Shown here: in pieces, positions 1-12,444 of the stretch
Numbering within the stretch: the stretch's first letter is position 1
Layout of the letters: the number at the start of each line of letters is the position of its first letter
DNA from: Basidiobolus meristosporus CBS 931.73
Lineage: Eukaryota > Fungi > Basidiobolomycota
NCBI GenBank assembly: GCA_002104905.1
Contig: MCFE01000101.1
Span: forward strand, 62,001-126,000
Direction: 5' to 3'
Length of the DNA stretch: 64,000 nt
The notes under the pieces: generated by a model
Told to the model about the DNA's origin: nothing
Database searches by the model: none
What the model saw: only the letters and a program-made list of their open reading frames with translations
Translations under genes and position numbers: made by a program

Positions 1-455
1 CTGAATATTCCTTCAAAAAAGTCTGGACCTTAAGGGGTACTGGAGTAGAGGAGTCCTCCTGTAATACTGCCATGAGGAACATCTGGGTGCCTTTTCTAAG
101 TGCTCTACTGAGCTGTGCCTTACTATGTTCACTTGCTTCACACACATTGGAATTGACCAAGTCAAAATCCAGTCTGGCAGGTAATAGCTCATGGGTCTTG
201 TTGTCCTTCTGGATCTGAGTAGCATTGGTTCTGCAATTGATTGATGGATTACAACAAAATAGCCAGGTTTTTCCAGGTACTATGTTGAACTTTCAGTTCC
301 CAAATATGTAGGCCTGCAGGTCTTCTTCATAGAAATTGATCTTCATCCTTACTGGCTGAGTAATATAGTTGATTATGTGAGAATTCCCATCAGCTCTTGA
401 GACTGAAGTTGAATTGGTGGGTTCAGAGTTGATTCCAGTTTTCAAAGCAAATTAC

Positions 456-875
456 TCACATGTACTCATGCAATGCTCCTGAGTCAATCATGATCTTGGC
501 AGGCACTCCATTGATTACTCCATTTAAATATAATTGCTTTCCTGAGTTTGAGGTCATCTGGGTTAGGCATTCTTCTGTCATATAAACGGTGAGTTCTGAG
601 TCTTCTTCAAGTTCATCCTCCATGTTACTATGCTCAAGGGCTTCAATATGGTTGAAGGTTCTTGATGGCTGGTGTCCATTTTGTCTCTGAGGGCAGTACT
701 TTGCAATATGTCCCTGCTGGTGGCAATTGAAGCAAAGTCCTTTCTTCTTACATTCTTCTGAGGTAGGATTCTTCTGCATAGGGTCTATTTCTGTTGGCAC
801 TGCTTCTGATTGTCTTCTTTCATAATAATTGTAGCCTCTTTGATCTGTCATTGTGGGCTTCCCAGCTCTAAGCAT
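456..875 (-). pseudogene. Gypsy gag Zn-knuckle / aspartic protease fragment
   Basis: Cx2Cx4Hx4C motif and DSG catalytic motif; the frame is disrupted on both sides. Confidence 0.8.
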
Positions 876-1003
876 AGCTGAGTCATAGTCAATGGCAATC
901 TTGATGGCTTCTTCAATAGTCTGGGGTCTTTAATAATTCACTTCCTTGCAAGTACTTTCTTTCAACCCATCAGTAAAGTGTTCCACTAGATCCAGGGGAC
1001 CCC

Positions 1004-1352
1004 TGTTGTAAAAATTCAAATTTCCACCTAAATACTCACCTAACTTAGTCACTTAGATCATCACCTTCAAATCCTAGAGAATACTGACTAAAATTCCTTG
1101 TTGGGAGTTACTTAGAATACTTTCACCAAAATACCAGGTACTCTGAACATGAAAATTCTCAAAGTTGTCCAAACAGCCCAAAACTTTGCACACATGTTCT
1201 TGGGACCTTTCTTACCTATTCTACATGTTTTTTATGCCATGATCAGGCAAAAATGTAAATACTACTTTTACATTCAATAAATCATTAAGTGAAAACCACA
1301 TAATCTACTTGTCCTCCCAATCACTTCCAATCTCTCCAAGACTCTTTCAACA
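1004..1352 (+). repeat. 5' LTR, copia family A
   Basis: Direct repeat of 5337-5685; TG...CA ends; AATAAA inside. Confidence 0.93.
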
Positions 1353-1364
1353 GGTTATGAGCCC
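1353..1364 (+). promoter_or_regulatory. Primer-binding site GGTTATGAGCCC (anticodon stem-loop of tRNA-iMet)
   Basis: Directly follows the LTR; reverse complement of GGGCUCAUAACC, the yeast-type tRNA-iMet anticodon arm. Confidence 0.85.
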
Positions 1365-4300
1365 CAAGCTGTCACTCTCTGCAATGTCTACTACTGCTAT
1401 TACTGGAATTTTTCCCTCTGCTAAAAAGTTGGATGGATCTAACTACCAAGTGTGGAAGGTGAAGATGAAGATGCTGCTATAAGAAAGAGGCCTTTGGGAT
1501 ACTGTCTTGGGAGAAGAATGCCCCCCTAAAAATGTGGGAGAGGAAGCCTTAAAGTACTAGAAGAAATAATAAAGTGCCTTTAACTGCATTTGCCTTAATG
1601 TCAAGGACAAATTGCTAATTCAATGCTCAAGAGCAAAAACAGCAAAGAATGCCTGGAAGGCATTAGAAGACACCTACCAGTCATGTTCAGCTGCCAAGAA
1701 AATGTATCTGAGACAAAAACTCTCTACTACAAGGATTCTGCCAGGAGAAGAAATGAAAATCTAATTAACAGAATTGCCCTGCTGGTAGATGAGATGGAAT
1801 ATGTGGGCATACCAACTACCAATGAGGATGTGATAGTTACCATCCTGAATAGCCTGACAGACATGTTTCAGGGCTTTGTATCAGCCCTACAGTCCAGAAT
1901 TTAAGATTTGACCTTAAACTATGTATATGGAAGGCTCCTGGATGAAGAATTAAGAAAATCAAGCGCTAATAAGAAGAAGAAGAAAATGCTTTAATAAGCA
2001 ATGATAACCAACAAAGAAGATACCCAAGACCCTACAAAGACAACAGCAACCTGTTTTGTAACTACTGCAAAAGGAAAGGATACACATCAGACCGGTGTCT
2101 CAAAAAGAAACATAATCAGCAATAGAAGCCTGAATATGGAAATGCTGCAACAACTGAAGATAGACTATTCATATCTGCACTAAATATGACCACAAACAAG
2201 GATTCTCAGACGTGGCATATTGACTCTGGAGCATCTCAACACTTTACACATCAAAAAGAACTTTTTACCCAATATCAAGAAATTCCAATTAAGAAGGTTT
2301 TCATGGGTGACAATAGAACACTTGATGCAGTGGGAGAAGGAACTACCCAAGTGAACCTAAGAAGCAGTGAAGGAAGCCATACACTGACCTTTAAAGAAGT
2401 ACTCTATGTACCAGAAATAGCCAAGAACCTACTATCTGTAAGCAAGGCCACTGCAGAAGGACTCAATTTCAGCTTTGACAATTCAGGATGCAAGATCACT
2501 GATCAAAATGGTGCCCATATTACTTTGGGTATCAGAAATCAGAACCTATACAGGTTGACTTATATTCCATCATATATGGTAGCCAATATAAGTAACCTGA
2601 ATGAAGAAATACCAATGCTTTGGCACAGGAGATATGGGCAAATCAATTTTGATTATTTGCACCAAATGATCAAAGATCAGCTAATTTCTGGAGTGAAAAT
2701 TGATCCTTGAGCTAATTTGAAGCACTGTGAAGCCTGCATATATGGGAAACAAGCCGGACAACCGTTAAAGAGCTCTGGGTTAATCAAAACTATGAAAAAT
2801 TACATCTAATTCACTCAGATCTGTGCAAACCTATGCTAAATTTATCCTTAGGTGGGATGAAGTATTTAATCACTTTTATTGATGATTATACAAGATACAC
2901 ATGGGTCTACTTCATGGAGAGAAAGGAAGAAGCTCTGTCCAAGTTCAGGGAGTTTAAAGCCATGGTGGAGAGAGAAACTGATGAAAAAATCAAGAAAATA
3001 CGCTCTGACAATGGTGGAGAATATACCTCAAAACACTTCATCCACTACTGCAAAACTCATGGGATAAAGCAAGAGACTACTGTACCATACTCCCCACAGC
3101 ATAGTGAAGTAGCAGAACATGCTAACAGATCAATAATTGATGTAGTAAGATCTATGATCCATGATCAAAAATCATCCTATGATCTTTGGGCGGAATCAGT
3201 TGCCACTGCTGTATACCTTAAGAATAGGAGTTATAACAGAATACTTTGTGATTCTACTCCATTTGAAGTATGGTATGGATACAGACCAAGTGCAGAGCAT
3301 CTAAAAATATTTGGGTGTACAGCATATGCCAAAAAACTGGCCAGAATTCAGTCAAAATTTGAGCCAAAAAGTATAAAATGCATATTTTTGGGCTACTGCA
3401 ATAAGAGTAAGGCATAAATACTCTACAATACCAAAGCAAAGAAGCTGATCAAGTCCAGGGATGTGTTGTTTGATGAAAACTCAAAACTTTCACAAAAAAT
3501 GACATCAGATGATGACAAAAATTTGATCTCAAGTCCACCAATTGTCAGGATTGAATCAGAGCAAAACAGTGAAAATTTTTTCACTCCAGAGGACTCTACA
3601 ACCATGATTCTGCCTGAATCAGTGCCCATGCATATCCCAGAAGTGATCATTCCAGTATCAAATGGCCAGAGATCCAATCAGACAAGAAATAGCCCAAATT
3701 ACTATAACAATGGGGGTACAAACTTAGCCTATGCCTATTCAGTCCATATTTATGAGCCCCAGACTGTAAAAGAGGCCCTAGATAGCCCTCAGACAAAGTT
3801 TTGGAGATCTGCAATGACTGAGAAATATCAGGCCCTGATGGAAAATCAAACTTGGGACTTAGTCAAATTACCAATCAACCAAAGATCAATAGGATGCAGA
3901 TGGGTCTTCAAGACAAAATACAAGGCTGATGGTACAATTGAAAGATACAAAGCAAGACTTGTAGCCAAAGGATACTCTCAAACAAAAGGACTTGACTATA
4001 CTAAGACCTTTGCACCGGTAGCCAAGTTTAATTCCATCAGATTAATATTGGCTATTGCAGCCAAATATAAGCTTTTTATTCATCAAATGGATGTAAAAAC
4101 TGCATTTTTAAATGGAGATCTTGATGAGGATGTGTATATGGACCAGCCTGATGGGTTTGTTGACCAAGATAACCCCCATTTGGTCTGCAAGCTTAAGAAG
4201 TCACTATATGGTCTCAAACAATCACCAAGAGCCTGGAATTGCAAGATAGATTCTTATTTGGAATCCTTGAGTTTCAAAAGAAGTAATGCTGACTATAGTA

Positions 4301-5336
4301 TATACTATAAGCCAGATAGAGCAAATCCAGTTCTATTAGCTCTATATGTGGATGATCTTATTATAGCCGCCAATAACCTAGAAACATTGGAAGAGACTAA
4401 ATCCAGCCTGTCCAAGGAGTTCAAGATGTCCAATCTAGGAGAACTTAGTTACTAATTAGGGATTAAGTTCTCCATAGACAGAAGTACCCAGACTATCACC
4501 CTAAGCCAATCCAAGTATATTCAAGATATACTGAAGAAGTACCAAATGGAAGACTGTAAACCAGCAGCTACCCCAATGGAGACAAACCTTAACTTGGTCA
4601 AAACTCAACCAAATCAACAGAGCTTGATGCCATCTGAAAGCCCTGACTTTCCTTATTGATCAATGGTTGGCAGTCTGATGTATATCATGCTTAGAACACA
4701 TCCAGATATCCCATATTCAGTGGGAGTTGTCAGCCAACATAATCAGAACTATGGATCTGATCATATTGCAGCAGTTAAGCAGATTTTTAGATACCTAAAA
4801 GGAACTGCTGATATCTGCTTAAGATGCACTTATAAGGATTCAGAACAGGATCTTGTGGCATACTTGGATGCTGACTGGGGACAAAATTTAAAAGACAGAA
4901 GATCCACCACAGGATACACCTTTCTTTACTGTAAAGGAGCAATTTCATGGAATTCAAGAAAGCAACCAACCATAGCACTTTCCACCACAGAGGCAGAGTA
5001 TATGGCAGACTGTGAAGCTACAAAAGAAGCAATGTGGTTTAGAATACTTTTAACAGATTTGGGCCTATGTCAAAAAACCCCTATTACTTTATTTCAAGAT
5101 AATCAAGGATGTAGACAATTAGGTAGAAATCCAACTTTTCATGCTAGAACCAAGCACATAGATATTAGACATCATTTTGTACAAGAAGCTATAGAGAATA
5201 ATATAGATAGCTTTGTTTACTGTCCTACAGATGGAATGATTGCAGACATACTTATCAAACTATTAGCTAGAGACAAGTTTGAATATCTTAGGTCCAAATT
5301 AGGACTAGTCAGTATGAACATTTAGCTGAGTGGAAG

Positions 5337-5685
5337 TGTTGTAAGAATTTGTAAATCCATCTAAATATTCACCTAACTTAGTCACTTAGATCAATACCTT
5401 CAGATCCTAGAGAATACTGACCAAAATTCCTTGTTGGGATTTACTTAGAATATTTTCACCAAAATACCAGGTACCCAGAAAATGAAAATTCTCAAAGTTG
5501 TCCAAGCAGCCTGAAACTTGGCACACATGTTCTTGGGACCTTCCTTACCTATTCTACATGTTTTTTATGCCAAGACCAGGTTAAAGTATAAATACTACTT
5601 TAACATTCAATAAATCATTAAGTGAAAACCGCATAATCTACTTGTCCTCCCAGTCACTTCCAATATCTCCAAGACTCTTACAACA
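5337..5685 (+). repeat. 3' LTR, copia family A
   Basis: Follows the RNase H stop and the degenerate PPT GAGTGGAAG (5328-5336). Confidence 0.93.
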
Positions 5686-6223
5686 ATTCCTTCATGCAAT
5701 TTGTAAAAGTAGACATCTATATTCATGGATGTACTCTTGGACCATTCCTTTCTGTCTGAGTGTCTTCAACTTTCTTCTTAGTAGTGTGTGTTGGTGTGGG
5801 GGCTCAAAGGCATCCTGAATTTCCAACACAAAATCATCCCAGGTAGAGATTGTAGAGCATCCCATCATGGTGGCTGACCTGATCTTGTTGTGGTACCACT
5901 ATAAAGCTGCATCTGCCAGGTAAGAGGCTGCATAATGTAACTTGCTTTCTGGAGCAATTCCCTTAGCCTTGAAAGCTTCTTCAATCTGGAAGAGCCAAGT
6001 TCTCAGATTTTCATTGACTCTACCATGGTACTGGTTGACCTTCACACTAAAGTTGCTCTTGACGGAATTTTGCTGGCTTTGGGCTGTGGAAGTCATTCCT
6101 TGTTGCTGCTGGCTAAGGATCTGGAGTAACTGTTGCTGTTGGGCCAGGATTTGCTGCATAGCATTTGTCTATTCTTGAACTTTGGACATCTTGAGGGAGG
6201 TTTCTGGTTATTGCTGCAACTAA

Positions 6224-6590
6224 TGTTGCAAGTCTGGGTATAAGAGTTGTAGAGGAATAGGGAGTTTAGCTAGCATTGAATACCCTAAAACTTGAACTGA
6301 TTTTTACTGAGGTTCCTGCAGCTTCTTATATATATTTTACCAGATTAAATGCTGACTAATTGTATTTCCTAATGTAGGTTGTTGCTGATGACTCATTTGA
6401 TTGCATTTTCTTCACCCAATAAGATCCTACTTAATATATCTATTCCTGTCTGATAAGGATCAGCTGATTCATTTACTGACTAATGCTACTGATTTGATAG
6501 ATAGCAGGTATAGTGATAGGCTAAACATATAACTAATTGATTTGACTAAAAACTGATCTAACTTAAACATTCAAGCAGTGAATCATAACA
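6224..6590 (-). repeat. Putative gypsy 5' LTR (family G)
   Basis: TGTT...AACA ends, upstream of the gag frame; a second diverged copy lies at ~12090-12442. Confidence 0.6.
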
Positions 6591-6918
6591 CATGAGAAAA
6601 AAGCTGTAGTTCTTGACAGTTATCACCATAAGCCAGAAGCAGACTGAATCCCATTGTAAATAAGAAGAAACACCAAAAAGAAAATAGCTGTTTTCACAAG
6701 AGTTGGAAGTTCAGCCAGTGGAGCTAAACTTCAGTGAGTATAGTCTGTAGGTCTTCCTATCAAATGTCTCCTTTACAGGTAGGATGTTTATATTGTTACG
6801 TTTACTTGTAAAGGTTATCTTTTAGAATGGAATAAGGCAAATGGGGCTCATAACCTGTTGCTATTTAGAATATATTCTGGATATAAGGAATTAATCAGGA
6901 GCAATTGATAATAGTTGT

Positions 6919-7287
6919 TGTTGAAATATTGGACTATTTGGTATCATTCAGCAGCTAAAAATTTACTTAACAATTCTAGGCTAGTCTTAGTCACTGTAGG
7001 ACTCATTTACTGCCTTAACTTTGCCACTTTCTCCAGATATATGATCTTATGATTATTCCCCTATAGTCAGGATCAAATTAGCACTATTACCAAACATTAT
7101 GTACAAACCCTGAAACTGTTACAGAATGCTCCTGAATATTGAGAAACCCTCCCTACTTAGTGTTGCAGCTGTATTACTTCTACAAAGGTATAAATACTGA
7201 GCTTCTTTATGAATAAACAACAGTTCAACTACTATCACAATTTCTTGATAAGTTCCTTATATCCAAATCACTTCTTAAATTGCAACA
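6919..7287 (+). mobile_element. Solo LTR, copia family B, inserted in an older B-like LTR
   Basis: 369 bp, near-identical reverse complement of 28303-28671; perfect 5-bp TSD GTTGT (6914-6918 / 7288-7292). Confidence 0.93.
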
Positions 7288-7379
7288 GTTGTACTGATGC
7301 TTAATGATAAATAGCCCAGTATCACACCTTTGCTGAGGGAATACATCTGTAACACTAAATGAGAAAAGTCTCTCAAAAG

Positions 7380-9133
7380 TGTGGCATTGACATAGTGGCA
7401 GTTAGAATGGTCAGACAATTCATACAGAGTTATGGATTTGATCAAATTGTAGCAGTTGAACAAGTATTCAGATATCTGCAAGTTTTCATGAATATGGTGC
7501 TTGAATGCCCTGGAGCAACTAGTGGGTATAGATCCAATGACTATAATGATTCAGATTATGGTAGGGATCCAAATGACAGATGCCTTACTCTTGGGTATGA
7601 GCTTCTATATGCTGATGCAGCTGTTACTTGGAATTGCAAGAAACAACCAACTATGGCCCTCTCTGCAACTGAAGCTGAATATATGGCTGTTTGTCATGCT
7701 ACTCAGGAGGCTATATAGTTACAGATATTACTCCAAGGCATGGCTTTTGATTCAGATGAACCAGCATATAAGACTTGTTCCATTTGATAGTGCCGCATTG
7801 AGCCATGAGTGCCAAGTGATGCCATAGTGTGCCTGGAAGGCCAAGTGAACCTATACTTGGCCACAGAGTGTGAAACATAGCTCTGCATCTTCATGCAAAG
7901 CCACCACTGTGTTTCACCCATTGTGTTAGAGAAACCCCATTTTTGACCTTTTTTTGGGTCAATGTTGTGCAGGATGTTTAAGAGCACAAAAGGATTGAAG
8001 ATATGAATCAGTTACTTAATACCCATAACACTCTGAATCCAGCGCCTGCGGCTTGTAACATGTCAGAAATATATATGGCACTATCTTGGTCCACAGATAC
8101 AATCTGGCACTATATTTGATTAATAGCACTTAAGTAAGATCTATACAAGGCACTTATAGTGCCAGATAGTACCAGTGGATCAAGATAGTGCCATGTATTT
8201 TTCTGACATGTTACAAGCTACAGGAGCTTAATTCAAAGTGCCATGGGCATTCAGTACCTGAGGCATGTCTTCAGTACTTCTGTGCTCCTACACATAATGC
8301 ACAACACTGATCCACAAAAACGGCAAAAAATTGATTTTCTCCTGCACCATAGGTGAAACACAAGGGCTGCTGTGTATGTAGTTGCAGAGCTATGCTTCAC
8401 ACTCTGTGGCCAAGTATAGGTTCACTTGGTTGCCCAGGCATATTATGGCTTCATTTGGCACTCATGGCTTGATGTGGCACTATCCAATGGAACAAGTCTA
8501 TTTTCTCCTGGATTGAACAAGTCTATACTATAAGGTGTATATAAGTTGTATCTCATATGCTAGGAATTATACCTATCATGCCAGAACTACGCACATAGAT
8601 ATACAACATTACATTGCAAGGAAAGCTGTAAGAAATAACTTAGTAGAGTGAGTTTACTACCCAATCAACAAGATGGTGGCAGATATACTGACAAGACCAC
8701 TTGCTAGGCCACAGCCTGAGTATTATAGAGAAAAATTAGGATTAAGTAATTATTTAGTTGAGGGGGAGTGCTTATAATGAACTATTTGGTATCATTCAGC
8801 CACTAAAAATTTACCTAACAATTCTAGCCCAGTCTTGGTCACTGTAGAGTTCAGTTACTTCAATTTTGCAACTTTCTTCCAGATCTTTGATCCTATGATA
8901 ATTCTCCTGCAGCCAAGATAAAATTTGCACTTTTACCAAACATTATTTACCAGCCCTGAAACTGTTACTGGATGCTCCTGTGTATTAAGAAGCTTCCCTT
9001 ACTCAGTGTTACCATTGTATTACATATACAAAGATATAAATACTGGGCATCTTTGTGGAGAAAAACCATTCCAACTTTTATCATTACTTCTTGATTAGTT
9101 CCTTACATCCACAACATTTCTTAAATTGTACCA
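7380..9133 (+). mobile_element. Decayed copia B-like 3' end (RNase H, PPT, 3' LTR)
   Basis: ORFs 7359-7718 and flanks align with RH of 24349-26769. PPT GTTGAGGGGGAG at ~8757-8768 is followed by an LTR-like 8769-9133. Confidence 0.75.
7771..8524. mobile_element. Foldback / long-TIR non-autonomous DNA element (family E)
   Basis: Arms ~7771-8113 and ~8156-8499 are imperfect reverse complements around a ~42-bp spacer. Termini AGACTTGTTCC; a second right terminus ends at 8524; flanks ATA/ATA. Confidence 0.75.
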
Positions 9134-12089
9134 GTAAATGAGTCTTATGGTTACTTAGACTAGTCTGGAATTGTTCAGCAAGATTTTAAATGCAGAATAC
9201 TACTAAGTTGTCCAATATTTCAACAGCCTCATGGAATCAGCCTACTTATGGTGCTTGATCAATCTGTACTCTATGGCACCATTTGGCACTGATGTGTCTA
9301 CAATGATATCAGCTGTAGAGTACAGTTACTGATAATCTTGCTCATCATACTTACATTGAGCTGAATATGATTTGCTTGCTTTATTGAATCTTCTTAATAC
9401 TCCCACATATCTTCTCAGTGGATGTCTTCTTGTATGGATGTATTGCACTTATAATGGTATCTTGATTACTTTACTCATTCTTCTTTTCATGAAATATATA
9501 TCTTTACGTTTACCTGATAATATCCTAGATTTCTGTATATACTCAAATCTGAGCTCTACTTTCAACTGGACATGATCTAGTGTTTCATTGCGCAGCCTCC
9601 GTTTCCTGCTAAGCACACCATTCCTTGTCTTCCTATAAGTTATAATACATCCTGATCTCTGACAATCCTCTCCTATTCAAGTAAAGCTTGTCATACCTTT
9701 CTCCTCTCTAACAAATTCTGAATGATTTTCAACACAGAGTGCTTTGTTGAGCCTGCTTCTAGCAAATGGCCCACTAGGCTAGATGATGTTACCATCAGCA
9801 TCAGTCTGTACATAAATCTTCACCCAGCATGCTTGTATTTGCCTGAATAGAAGCATCTCTGTCCTCCAGAAGATCTGTTAACCCTCTCTGGGAAGGTGTA
9901 CAAGATACTCCTGATACAGGACCTGTTGCTGAGCACTCTGGGAAATAGAAGTCTATTGAAGATATTGAACCTAGTGTTGCAAGCTTACTCTAAATCATTT
10001 GTACCCTCTGCAAGGTGGCACTCTATTGCTGTCAGCTGTAAATGAAAGCTACCAGGACTTTTGTTGCCATAGATGGCAGGATGGTACCTAATAGGGAAAT
10101 AGCTCTTCAAATAGCAGAGAAGCCCAACAAGGAGTCTCCTTGAGTTGCTTGTAGTGGATGGTCCACAGTACAAGGTTTAGAGCACCGCTGATGTGTTAAA
10201 AGGATATTCAGTATAAGGGATTCCTTAATATAATAATCCTATATATTATAGAATAAGGGATCTGCATATCATGTGGTCTAATCCTTGCCAATGTAATTCC
10301 AAGATGTCACATGCCTAATTTATAGAAAAGTCAACAATCACATCAGCTTTCATATATATTTCATACACTACAATGTTGATGCCAATATACTACTTTACAA
10401 GTATCCAAACTCAACATTATAGTCCCTATGCTATGTCTCAGCTTATCTTTAGTACATCCTAGACATAATCCATCACCCTGGCCACAGTCTGTGAAAGTCA
10501 ATGTAGAGTCCAATTGAGTTCCCACTCAATAATTTTAGTACATCCCATGTGTCTATAATGGGCCTTCATGCAGATATTTGGACACTACACACTGATCAAG
10601 CACTACTGGATATCTCAGAGCCTACAGAGATTGAAGTATCTAAATAGAAGGCTGTGGCATGTGCTCCACATCAGTATGCCAACAGATAAATGTACCAAGT
10701 TATACAATATGACAAGTAATGAAATTAAGAGTGAGCCATGAGTGAGGAAGCTTGATGAGGAGGCTGTGCACAAACAATTTCCCTTACTACTTGTGCAGTA
10801 GGGAACATACATATCTATTTGCACCTCACTGTTGAGAACCAATGATGCTTTGAGCAAGTGTGCCAGAAATGACTAATGTACGCATGATATATGAGTAGAG
10901 CCAAGTTGCTTCCAAGAGCAATATACTCCAGACTTATCCAGGCAGCAGTTCCAAAGCACTTGACAGCATGTAAGTGAATATCTTGAAGGTTTAAAATGTG
11001 AAATTTGAATGGAGGAATGTAGAATCTGCATAATTGCTTCACAGTTGCACCATCATTCTTCAATAAAGTCTATTGAGCATTTCAGCACTAGCACACCAGT
11101 ACATGTCAGTTAAATCTATGCCAATATTATCCACAAGAGCGCCATGTACCTAGTCAAAGCACCAACCCTAAGCTCAGATCAAAACAACAAGAACTCACTG
11201 AGCTGCTCAACTAGACACAAGTTCACTGGAGCAGGCCAAGTAGTGTTCTCATATAGCATCACACTGTACTCAGCCAAGGCCCATGTCAATGTATCATGTC
11301 ATGTCTAAGTGTGCTCCTGCAACTGACCATCATAAAGCTACTTTGGGCAAACTAATTAATGTTACTCTTGATGCTATGCAATTTTTAGCAATCCCATTTG
11401 AACCATTGCAAATAGATGATCAATATTTTATAGTAATTACTTATATAAGTATATCAAGGCCTTTTCATATTTGATATGAGCCCAATAAATTAGCACCCTG
11501 CATATTTATATGTCATCAGCAATACAAGCTCAGCCATTTGATCCATCTTACAGCTACTTGATTGGTTGCATGCTAGCTATAACACCAAGATAGTCACTAG
11601 AATCCTGGATTCATATACTCAATACAAAAAACGGGATATATGCTGGCAAATTAAGTAGTTTATGTTTTAGTCAATGAACCATATAACTAAAGATGGGCAT
11701 ATATTTCTAAGAGCACAAGACAGAGCAAGTAGCCATAGTAGTGAGCAGTGTGCTTGATATGCAGCATTGCAGTATATCAGAGATATAAAGAAGTGTTGCA
11801 CAACTTATAAAAAATTCCTGCAAGAGAAGCTTAACTGGGAGACAACTCTGTATTACAAGCTGCTACCGGTTGGTCTATACAGATGAATATGAGTGATAAC
11901 TCAGGGCTAAAGACAGCCAAGCTAAATGGGTACAGTATAAGCCTGGAATAGCTATGCACCAACTCTCAGTGAGTAAAGCAACAGCTCAGAGACAGATATC
12001 TGTTTTTACAAAGCTCTGCTAATTAATTTTGACTGAAGTGAACACATAAAGGCATTGAAAAACAGAGATAACAATATGTATAAGCTACA

Positions 12090-12442
12090 ATATAATATCA
12101 GTGAGCATAAAGGGAGTTTAGCTAGTATTTTATATACTAAAATTTGAACTGTTTTTTAATGAGGTTCCAGCAGCTGCTTACATACATTTTCCAGATCAAT
12201 TGACAACTAATTGTGTTTCCTAATGTAGGTTGTGGCTGATGACACATTTGATTGGATCATCATCACCCAATACAATTCTACTTAATATATCCATTCTTGT
12301 CTGATACGCATATGCTGATTCATTTGCTAATTAATGCTACCAATTGGATAGATAACACTTATATACTAATAGGCTAAACATAAAACTAACTGATCTAACT
12401 ATATACTGATCAAACTTAAACATTCAAGCAGTAGATCATAGC
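12090..12442 (-). repeat. Diverged copy of the family G LTR-like sequence
   Basis: Colinear similarity to 6250-6590 (GGGAGTTTAGCTAG...CATTCAAGCAGT). Confidence 0.6.
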
Positions 12443-12444
12443 AC

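Larger units (their letters stand above)
1004..5685 (+). mobile_element. Full-length but decayed Ty1/copia element, family A
   Basis: 349-bp LTRs (TGTTG...CAACA) at 1004-1352 and 5337-5685, roughly 90% alike by eye. PBS at 1353, purine tract before the 3' LTR. Domain order gag, PR (WHIDSGAS), INT (FIDDYTRY..SDNGGEY), RT (YVDD), RH (DADW..HIDIRHHF), with stops and frameshifts. Flanks ACCCC/ATTCC are at best a decayed TSD. Confidence 0.95.
1..6590 (-). mobile_element. Degenerate Ty3/gypsy LTR retrotransposon (5' LTR, gag, Zn knuckle, protease), split by copia A and running off the window start
   Basis: Gag-like frame 5899-6159 (..LRTWLFQIEEAF..YAASYL) continues on the other side of copia A as ..HFTDGLKESTCKEVNY*RPQTIEEAIKIAIDYDS. 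ORF 456-875 then carries the CCHC knuckle CFNCHQQGHIAKYC and the protease motif IMIDSGA. A putative LTR lies at 6224-6590. Confidence 0.8.
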
